A stretch of DNA of 11,410 nt from Octopus sinensis (GCF_006345805.1 NW_021827010.1:1-11410); one strand, 5' to 3'. Counted from the stretch's first letter, positions 1-7,404 are shown. Numbers and translations are program-made. Notes: a model not told the origin generated them from the sequence alone.

Positions 1-22
1 AGCTTTCTGCTAATCCCAACAG
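1..22 (+). other. Possible 3' end of an exon (5' splice donor at 23)
   Basis: CCAACAG|GTCAGT at 22/23 fits the donor consensus. Only 22 nt of the putative exon are in the window, so product and frame cannot be assigned. Confidence 0.35.
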
Positions 23-284
23 GTCAGTAAAACATATTCTCGCCTTGTACTTAAAATATTCTGAGATGTATAAAAAAGCCATTCTAATTTTTGCTGTCAA
101 AAGGCTGTATATATATACCAAAGATTGTATATATATACATGTAATGTGACAATTTGCGACAACCAATAATTAACGCAACCAATTCCCAATAAATATTTGT
201 TTTATCCTTTTCTGCCAAATTTTCCCAAACATTCTCATCACACTATTGAACTTCTCTGTTACCAAACACTATATCTATACATGT

Positions 285-508
285 AATGTGACAATTATGT
301 ATAAAAAAACATTTTTGAATTCATAATATCCAATGTGACAATTATGTAAAAACCTTTTTGAATGCATAATACTCAATGTGACAATATGTAAAAACCTTTT
401 TGAATGCATAATACTCAATGTGACAATTATGTAAAAACCTTTTTGAATGCATAATACTCAATGTGACAATTATGTAAAAAACTTTTTTTGAACCCATATT
501 ATTCAATG
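285..508. repeat. ~43-bp minisatellite, about 5 copies
   Basis: Unit AATGTGACAATTATGTAAAAACCTTTTTGAATGCATAATACTC. Units start at 285, 332, 375, 417 and 460 (spacings 47, 43, 42, 43; last unit about 45). Central copies are nearly identical and outer copies are degenerate. It explains ORF 342..533. Confidence 0.95.
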
Positions 509-640
509 TTTCCTTAAATGTAACTTTTGACAATCTTTTACCAAAGAGTGAAACCGGTTAAGTAAATAAACATCGTTTAAATTGCATTTTCAAACCTTTT
601 TTCTTATATAATCCCACTCGTGCGATACCCCACAACTCAA

Positions 641-646
<6 letters not shown>

Positions 647-694
<48 letters not shown>
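647..694. repeat. (TA)n microsatellite
   Basis: Perfect TA run of about 24 units. Confidence 0.98.
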
Positions 695-697
<3 letters not shown>

Positions 698-923
698 GAG
701 AAAAATGCAACAAGAATGGATTATTAGTTTCAGTACAATTGTTTCATACAAAGACAAGCTTTATTAAAAGCTGCAAATATTGCAACAAATACAAGTGTCC
801 CGTACTCATCAGCCAAAACACATATGAGTTCTCCAAGCATCCTAGTGGGTGAGGCTACACTCATGAAGTATCGGATGTTAGGAAGTTCATGTCAGAACAG
901 ACAATGCTTTTTTCTCGTTTATA
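691..923 (-). mobile_element. 233-bp unit bounded by 19-bp inverted repeats and containing a hammerhead ribozyme (Penelope terminal repeat / retrozyme-like or MITE-like)
   Basis: Left arm 691-709 is TATAAACGAGAAAAATGCA. The right arm 905-923, reverse-complemented, is TATAAACGAGAAAAAAGCA (18/19). Both ends finish in TA. Confidence 0.55.
727..819 (-). ncRNA. Type I hammerhead ribozyme (minimal, palindromic helix III), probably partly decayed
   Basis: Minus strand reads GTTTTGG-CTGATGA-GTACGGGACA-(39 nt)-TGTCTTTGTAT-GAAA-CAATTGT-A-CTGAAAC. The core boxes CUGAUGA (806-812), GAAA (742-745) and UH = UA (735-734) are intact and in the right order. Helix I is GUUUUGG/CUGAAAC (7 pairs, 2 G.U). Helix II is GUAC/GUAU, extended by GG-GACA/UGUC-U-UU. 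Helix III is the palindrome ACAAUUGU. Confidence 0.8.
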
Positions 924-1034
924 ATCACCCCACATTATTGTATGGTTAATACCATATAGTTTTCTGGTGCATCTAAGTTAAGTACCACATTCAAGTGAAT
1001 TCAATAGAACTCACTTGAATCTTAATTGCTTTTA

Positions 1035-1044
1035 TTATATATAT

Positions 1045-1135
<91 letters not shown>

Positions 1136-1155
1136 TAGATAGGTAGATAGATATA
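1035..1155. repeat. (TA)n / (TAGA)n compound microsatellite
   Basis: Visible directly in the sequence. Confidence 0.95.
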
Positions 1156-1177
1156 TGCATATATCTCTTCTTTATGG

Positions 1178-1211
1178 GTTCAGCCGGATGCTGAGGCCAT
1201 GCTGGTGCACC
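1178..1211 (-). mobile_element. Short remnant of the 3' end of the SINE family seen at 4986-5385
   Basis: GTTCAGCCGGATGCTGAGGCCATGCTGGTGCACC resembles the reverse complement of 5330-5365 (TTTCAGCCATTTGACTGCAGCCATGCTAGAACACC). Confidence 0.5.
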
Positions 1212-1324
1212 ATGTAAGTATATGTATGCAATTGTATGTGTATGATGATGATGATGATATATATATATATATATATATCTTACGCATTTTACAACCTAAC
1301 AGTTGTTAGGCGCATGGCTCATGA

Positions 1325-1657
1325 AGGCGCATGGCTCAGTGGTTAGAGCGTCGAGCTACGATCGTGAGGTGTGAGCTCGAATCCCAGACCGGGCTGCGTG
1401 TTGTGTTCTTGAGCAAGGCACTTTTTCACGTTGCTCCAGTTCACTCAGCTGTAGAAATGAGTTGCGACGTCACTGGTGCCAAGCTGTATCGACCTTTGTC
1501 TTTTCCTTGGATAACACAGGTGGCGTGGAGAGGGGAGGCTGGTATGCATGGGCGACTGCTGGTCTTCCATAAACAACCTTGCCCGGACTTGTGTCTAGGA
1601 GGGTAACTTTCTAGGTGCAATCCCATGGTCATCCATGACCGAAGGGGGTCTTTACCC
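1325..1657 (+). mobile_element. tRNA-derived SINE, full length (family A)
   Basis: Pol III A box TGGCTCAGTGG at 1332-1342 and B-box-like GCTCGAATCC at 1375-1384. CORE/V-type central motif GTTGTGTTCTTGAGCAAGGCACTTT. It ends in a (TA)n tail. A second copy lies inverted at 3001-3292. Confidence 0.9.
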
Positions 1658-1690
1658 TTATATATATATATATATATATAGATGCATATA

Positions 1691-1867
1691 TCATCATCAT
1701 CATCATTCAACGTCCATTTTCCATACTGCTATGGGTTAGATGGTCTGACCGGAGCTGGTAAGGCTGGGGGTGCCACACCAGGTTCCATTGTCTGTTCTGA
1801 CATGCACTTCCTAACATCAACCACTTTACAGAGTCCACTAGGTGATTTTTATGTGACACCAGCACCA
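1691..1867 (-). mobile_element. 3' tail of a non-LTR element (LINE 3' UTR or LINE-tailed SINE) ending in (ATG)n, with an internal deletion
   Basis: Colinear with 10905-11148 and 7844-7890: (CAT)n-AACGTCCATTTTCCAT...CTTCCTAAC..CAACCACT. RTE-clade assignment is from recollection only. Confidence 0.75.
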
Positions 1868-1899
1868 GTATTAATTCTGTTGTGGTGGATAGGCCATAT

Positions 1900-2125
1900 A
1901 CGTGTGTGTGTCTGTGCATGTATATATGTATATATATGTATGTATATTTACACACACATTAACACAAATATATGTACACACTAAATACACATACTTAAAC
2001 AATAAAAAAATATATATATGGATGTGTGTATATGCATGTATGTATACATTGTAGTTGTCATCATCGTCGTCATCATTATTAACATCATCATCATCATCAT
2101 CGTCGTCATCATCATCATCATCCCC
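1900..2125. repeat. Degenerate (TG/TA)n followed by (CAT/CGT)n microsatellites
   Basis: Visible directly. It explains ORFs 1682..1984, 1707..1955 (in part) and 2018..2257. Confidence 0.9.
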
Positions 2126-2336
2126 ACCATCGTTATTGTAATCTCTTCTCTACGAAGTTGTTACAGCCATGACTACAATTCAAGTCATACAGTATCTTGT
2201 CACTCACCTCAATCTTTCGTCCTTTCATTTACGAGATCCAAACATCCTGAAACATAGCCACATCTTTCCCTTTTCATATCTCCTCTTTACTCTTTCTCTA
2301 CTTCAAATCCAATACATTAATGAAATTAAATGTAGT

Positions 2337-2459
2337 GTCATTAATTTCTATAATGAGTCTTAATTAGTAAGGCTATACGATAAATATCTTTTATAAGTGT
2401 CATTGCTAATTATTATCTTACAAAATTATAGTTTTGTCTAAGTGGACAAAAATGATCTT
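2337..2459 (+). repeat. Unclassified old dispersed repeat, inverted partner of 5677-6018
   Basis: 2401-2459 matches the reverse complement of 5677-5735 at 50/59 with no gaps. Similarity continues over 2337-2400 once the MITE at 5757-5975 is removed from the partner. Confidence 0.75.
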
Positions 2460-2463
2460 GAAA

Positions 2464-2985
2464 TTTAAAGATGACAAAAAGAATTTTATAGATAATCCAT
2501 CGTTTAAGTTAATACATATATCCAAAAGTAATTTAAATGTAGTGTGTAAAAGTATCTTAGATGTTACTATTTTTAGAATTATACAAACAACCAATTTACC
2601 ATTATTGAATAGCAGTATTTCACATATTAATTGGTTCATTGGTATCAGCTATAAGCATCTTTATAAATTTATCTAGTTTGATATCATTGAATTTCATCCT
2701 TGAATAACTAAATCTGTGCTCAAAAAGTATTAGTTTCCATCAAAAATAATATTCCAGTCAGTGATTCCGATAACAAAATATTCATGCATGCAAGAAGACC
2801 ATTGCTTTCTCTCTATAACTATCTATTGGTAAAGAAGAATTACACTAATTATTTTATAATAATGATGGGTTCCTTAGAATCTGAGGAAATTTGTGAGATC
2901 ATTGGTCTTTCAATTTTCCTATGATGCCCGAGTTTAATAATTTACAGTGTAGCTTATATCAAGATAGTGGGTTTGTTTATTACAT
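2464..2985 (+). pseudogene. Decayed Penelope-like element (PLE) reverse transcriptase fragment
   Basis: Three frames joined by two frameshifts read FKDDKKNFIDNPSFKLIHISKSNLNVVCKSILD...HINWFIGISYKHLYKFI*FDIIEFHP*ITK / DNKIFMHARRPLL...VKKNYTNIFIIMMGSLESEEICEIIGLSI / FNNLQCSLYQDSGFVY. These follow the PLE RT motif order LKDHKxNFxNNPxCRLINP, FDIxEFYPSI, HARKxLL, MGSxDxAExCELxG, GLYRDDGL. The catalytic YRDD reads YQDS (2957-2968). The fragment is cut off by the SINE at 3001. Confidence 0.85.
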
Positions 2986-3000
2986 AACATATATATAAAG

Positions 3001-3306
3001 AGGGTAAAGACCTCCTTCTGTCATGAATGACCATGAGATTGCACTTAGAAAGCTACTCTCCCAACTACAAGTCTGGGCAAAGTTGTTTATGTAAGACCAG
3101 CTTCCCTTCTTCATTTTACCAATGTTACCCAAGGGAAAGATAAAGGCCAATACAGCTTGGCAACAGTGACATCACAGCTGATTTCAACAGCTGAGTGAAC
3201 TGGTTTAACGTGAAATAAAGTGTCTTGCTCAAGAACACAACACACAACCCAGTCTGGGAATCAAACTCACTGCCTCATGATTCTGAGCCCAAGATTTTGA
3301 GCCCAA
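3001..3306 (-). mobile_element. tRNA-derived SINE family A, 5'-truncated, inverted copy
   Basis: The reverse complement aligns along 1351-1657 (e.g. GTTGTGTTCTTGAGCAAGACACTTT and GGTCTTTACCCT). It lacks the A box and has its TA tail at about 2987-2998. Confidence 0.9.
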
Positions 3307-3404
3307 TATATATGGATGCCTGATAATTAGATTTGGAAAATATTCCTTTGAGTTATTCTAAAGATCTAGTGCCACAACAGACACAACATCATTAATAGAC
3401 ACGT

Positions 3405-3506
3405 GCTAACAAAGCCACTGAGTCTGACTATGTTGCTTCAATTGCACTAAAACTATGTGACTCAGACCTGGCCCCTATCCTTGCCAGCCTTTTCAGTCCC
3501 TCAGTC
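3405..3506 (+). pseudogene. LINE ORF2 remnant (CR1/Jockey-type pre-RT domain)
   Basis: Translates to ANKATESDYVASIALKLCDSDLAPILASLFSPSV, resembling the conserved KAxGPDGIxxxxLKxCxxxLAPxLxxLFxxS motif just upstream of LINE RT domain 1. Confidence 0.65.
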
Positions 3507-3525
3507 TGTCTAATGATTGTATCTC

Positions 3526-3536
3526 CATCTCTCCCT

Positions 3537-3580
<44 letters not shown>

Positions 3581-4066
3581 CAGTTTATTACTCTGGTCAG
3601 AATCAGTCAGCTGTGTAGGTATGGTTGTGTGAGTGGGTGACTGTATTGAATATATATGTATGTGTATTTGTATATATGTGTATATGTCTATCTGTCTGTA
3701 TGTATGTATGTTTGTGTCTTTGTACATTTGTGTGGATGGATGTCTGTGTGTATGTGTAGCTGTATTAGTTCCAGCTCTCTACACCCTGGGTTCACTTGTC
3801 TATATGTATGTGTGTGCACAGCTATGTGTGTATGAGTGTGTGTGTGTATTTGTGTATATGTGTCTGAGTATGTGTCAGTATGTCTGTGAACATACATATG
3901 TATTTATGTGTATATGTGAGTCTGTGTGTGTGTGAGAATGTGTATTTGTGTATGTATCTGTATGTGTAGTGTATTCATATGCATTTGTGTGTATGAATCT
4001 GTGTGTGCACGTGTGTGTGTGTGTGTGTTGTGTGTGTGTGTGTGTGTGCACGTGTATGTGTGTGTT
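3526..4066. repeat. (CT)n followed by long degenerate (TG/TA)n low-complexity tract
   Basis: Visible directly. It explains ORFs 3428..3727, 3633..3935 and 3688..3897. Confidence 0.92.
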
Positions 4067-4246
4067 AAATACTCATCAGAAATAGTCTCCGAACCAGTTT
4101 GATGTTAAGCTGTTTATATCTTTTGACAGCTTGTCATGTTGGTGTGGTGAGAGAGTGTAATTATTTGAGAAATACTAAAGTGAAAAAGGATTGGTCAACT
4201 TGAGACAGATGACACCTCACACTTGCAATCTCTTCTTCATAATCCC

Positions 4247-4290
4247 AGCAGCAGCAGCAGCAGCAGCAGCAATGACAGCAGCAACAACAG
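4247..4290. repeat. (CAG)n microsatellite
   Basis: About 8 perfect CAG units followed by degenerate CAG/CAA. Confidence 0.92.
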
Positions 4291-4504
4291 AAAAATAACA
4301 TTTCAAAATTAAGAAAATTTGTATTTTAATCATTCAAGATTTGATCTACAGCAAAAGGTTAAAGGTAATGTTGCTAGAAATATGTTGTAGTTATACCCAA
4401 AGACCAAGTTTTCAGCAACAATGATCATAATAGTAATATTGGTTTTTGACATTCTTATGAACAAATTTTTAATTATAGATCTCCCGACGAATTCACAGAA
4501 TTGT

Positions 4505-4636
4505 TAAAGCATCAGATAGAATACTTCGTGGTATGTTCCGACTCACTACATTCTGAGATCAAATCTCACTGAGATTAAATTTGCCCTCACTCATTGTGGG
4601 GCTAATAAAATGAGTACCTATCCAGAGTAGTAGACT
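4505..4636 (+). mobile_element. Degenerate SINE fragment
   Basis: TACATTCTGAGATCAAATCTCACTGAGATTAAATTTGCCCTCACTCATTGTGGGGCTAATAAAATGAGTACC resembles a SINE body I recall from octopus (TTCTGAGTTCAAAT...TTTGCCTTTCATCCTTTCGGGGTCGATAAAATAAGTACC). Recognition only. Confidence 0.55.
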
Positions 4637-4985
4637 GGTGAAATCCTTGAGGGATTTTGTTTCTAATCACTGCATTCAGAGTCAAATTCTACCTAGGTAC
4701 CTTAAAACTACCCTCACCAACATTCACACTTAATGTGGCCAGTAATAGAAGTCCCTGAAATAAAGGCCAATATCAAATAAGATGATGCTGGATGGAGTCA
4801 AGACTTGTGCTTGTTTGGTGAATGAATAGTAGATTTAGACAACAAACTGGCAAAGTTGTTATAGCTGTAACTATCAGAAGAGGTATCTAGGGGCACCAAA
4901 GAGTTTTAGAAATCATAATTTGTTAATTTAAAAAATCAACACAAATTCTTGAATGTCTTGAAAACAAAATGTGTGTCAACTTTTA

Positions 4986-5385
4986 CAGGAGTGGCTGTGT
5001 GGTAAGTAGCTTGCTTACGAACCACATGGTTATGGGTTCTGTCCCACTGCGTGGCACTTTGGGCAAGTGTCTTCTACTTAAGCCTCAGGCCGACCAAAGC
5101 CTTGCGAGTGGATTTGGTAGATGGAAACTGAAAGAAGCCCATTGTATATATGTATATGTATATATATATATGTGTGTGTGTGTCTGTATTTGTCCCCCCA
5201 ACATCGCTTGACAACTGATGCTGGTGTGTTTATGTCCCTGTAACTTAGTGGTTCGGCAAAAGAGACTGATAGAATAAGTACTAGGCTTACAAAGAATAAA
5301 TCCTGGGGTCGATTTGTTTGACTAAAGACGGTGTTCTAGCATGGCTGCAGTCAAATGGCTGAAACAAGTAAAAGAGTGAAGAGAG
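4986..5385 (+). mobile_element. tRNA-derived SINE, family B, with an internal TA/TG microsatellite
   Basis: A box TGGCTGTGTGG at 4992-5002 and B-box-like GGTTCTGTCCC at 5036-5046. CORE-like TTTGGGCAAGTGTCTTCT motif. The 3' part is GATAGAATAAGTACTAGG...CAGTCAAATGGCTGAAACAAGTAAAAGAG. Confidence 0.88.
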
Positions 5386-5676
5386 TAATAGTTTTCTATA
5401 TTTTTATCTAAATTTAAAGCCAAATTTTTAAAATAAATTCATGCTAGGTACACCAATAATTATTTTGTTTGACTTTTAGTTTACCAGCAAATGGAAAACA
5501 TTGACAAACACTGTGATAAAGCATAGTGTCTCAGAAAGTGTCTACCAGTATTAGTTCCTGTTTCCAGTGTTCTCTGTTTAAATTCCATCAAAGTAAATGT
5601 TGCTTTTTATCCTTTCAGAATCCATAAATATAGAACCAATCCATGCCAGAAGATCAGTGGAATTTTTGTCTGTTTT

Positions 5677-6018
5677 AAGATCATTGTTTTCCACTTAGAC
5701 ATAGCTTAAATTTTGCATGAAAATAATTAGCAATGATACATGAAAAATATATTCAACTCTTTAGCATTTACACTAACCATATACCAACAATATATTCCAT
5801 CTGTTTTATGTTCAAATTGGCCAGATCCAGGCACTCACACCTATCCTATAATGTTATTCTACATAAAATAATCACATCATTGAAATCTCAAAGATATGAG
5901 ATAATGCATGATTAATTCAAAACAATGTGAATCAATAAGCATTACATCTGATAGAATAATCTGAACACTAAAGGATTAACATGTAGACTTACCAATTAAT
6001 ACTTATACAAATTAATGG
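5677..6018 (-). repeat. Unclassified old dispersed repeat (partner of 2337-2459), interrupted by a MITE
   Basis: Segments 5677-5756 and 5976-6018 join into a sequence colinear with 2337-2459. Confidence 0.72.
5757..5975. mobile_element. piggyBac-type MITE (219 bp, TTAA target-site duplication)
   Basis: Flanked by TCAA (5753-5756, degenerate) and TTAA (5976-5979). Termini CTCTTTAGCATTTA and TGAACACTAAAGGA are imperfect TIRs around a CCCTTTAGCATTCA consensus. The paralogous empty site at about 2381 has a single ATAA. Confidence 0.8.
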
Positions 6019-6211
6019 CAGAACACTAAATTTTTGATTTTTAATCCCACACGTTTCATTGGATAAAATGCATCAGTTAGGATCTGGCAAAGAACGATAA
6101 GCTTGATAAACTCGAGAAGATCTTCAACAAGTGTCCAATGATGTTGGCTTACTACTCTTAATGTCAACACATTGCTGGCAGAAAAGTATGTATGAAGACT
6201 TTGAAGTTCTG

Positions 6212-6464
6212 TTTTCTTCTCTCTCTCCTCTCTCCCCTCTCCTTCTCTCTCTCCCTTCCTCTCTCTCTCTCTTCTTCTTCCCTTTCTCTCTCTCCTCTCT
6301 CTCTCTCTCCTCTCTCCTTTCTCGTCGCTCTCTCTTCTCTCCTCCTTTCTCATCCTCTCTCTCTCTCCTTTCCTCTTCCTCTCTTCTCCCTTTCTCTCTC
6401 CTCTCTCTCTCCTCCTCCTCTCTCTCCTCATCTCTCTCTCGCTCTCTCCTCTTTCTCTCTCTCA
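6212..6464. repeat. CT-rich polypyrimidine/polypurine tract (~250 bp)
   Basis: Degenerate (CT)n/(CCT)n. It explains ORFs 6012..6431, 6124..6465, 6131..6469 and 6192..6473. Confidence 0.97.
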
Positions 6465-6579
6465 TGTAGTTGATTATTTAACATGTACCAATTTTAACAA
6501 ATCCTGAAAGCAAGAATGGCTAAGTAGGAATTCTACAGGGGGGATTGGACACAACAATAAAACTAAATGATAATATTAA

Positions 6580-6800
6580 CTCTTTCATTACCAACCCGGC
6601 TGAAATCGGCTCTGGCTCTGTAGTACAAATGTCTCGTTTTCATAAGTTCTGAATAAAAATCTTCCACCAAACCTTAGTCACAATTTATGTTCCTAACACT
6701 AGCTTAATGATGACTAAGTTACTTTACTAAATTCTTTGTTATATCTAAAGTAACTGAAAGAAACACGGAACATATCAACAGAAATACAGTAACGAAAGGG
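6580..6800. mobile_element. piggyBac-type MITE (221 bp, TTAA target-site duplication)
   Basis: TTAA at 6576-6579 and 6801-6804. Left TIR CTCTTTCATTAC versus right TIR reverse complement CCCTTTCGTTAC (10/12). TTAA plus CCC...GGG ends is the piggyBac signature. Confidence 0.85.
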
Positions 6801-6827
6801 TTAAAACACCTACTATACAACTGGCAC

Positions 6828-6915
6828 AATAAAACAATTGGCCACATTATTTCTGAGTGCCCAGTCCTAGCTAAGTCCAAGTAGACCCATTGAAAGGATC
6901 AAGCCTGTAGCTATG
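6828..6915 (+). pseudogene. Remnant of the CCHC zinc-knuckle region of an RLE-type (R4/Dong-like) non-LTR retrotransposon
   Basis: Translates to NKTIGHIISECPVLAKSK*TH*KDQACSY, compared with the family pattern ETIxHIxSGCPxLAxxEYxxRHDxVxxY. His at 6843-6845 and Cys at 6858-6860. Confidence 0.55.
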
Positions 6916-7404
6916 AGCCGTATGATCATGTCTTCAATCTGTTAGATAAAAATTGGAGCAAGACAACATAGTGAGGTAATGATATATGACAAAAACGTTA
7001 TATAGTGTTCACTGCATCTACCTGGTATATATTATGCAATTGTTAAATCAGTTAGTGTCATTTGCATAATATATTAATTTCTGTCAATTTATGTGTATTC
7101 TATTAAACATCATAACAGCGTTGAATAAAATTTTTATTGCTTAGTATTAACATTACTCAATATTTGCTGTTTGTTGCATAATTAATTAATTGACTACATT
7201 GCCAACAGTAACACTATTATGCAAATCAGACAAAGTGATTTATCAAAGTCATAAAAAGTAATGACTATAAATGATAATTAGAAAATATAAAATCTCTGTC
7301 TGCTTGCAATAGAAATGAAACCACATGTGAGACATCTTTGGTGACAATTCCAATCAGAGAGGAAACTGGTCTCACTAATACACCCCCACCCCCATGTGTC
7401 CACA

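Noticed and set aside
285-508. CRISPR-like array
   Set aside because: Head-to-tail units with no unique spacers, a eukaryotic context and no cas genes.
1325-1400. tRNA-like sequence
   Set aside because: It is the A/B-box head of a SINE, continuous with a 330-bp body that has a second copy at 3001-3306. No clean acceptor stem.
4073-4079. Second CTGATGA(G) hammerhead box on the minus strand
   Set aside because: It runs straight into a microsatellite, with no helix II, GAAA or UH partner.
5464-5700. Strong plus-strand acceptors at about 5480 and 5618 (and at 9251)
   Set aside because: No convincing paired donor. Downstream frames are short, stop early or are unrecognisable. T-rich AG sites are common at this base composition.
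5993-6174. Minus-strand exon-like segment (CCAG acceptor, GTAAGT donor) whose phase-0 frame has two TGA codons next to Cys, suggesting a selenoprotein
   Set aside because: No resemblance to a selenoprotein family and no SECIS identified. All three frames contain stops, and the 3' part belongs to the dispersed repeat shared with 2337-2400. A non-coding exon cannot be excluded.
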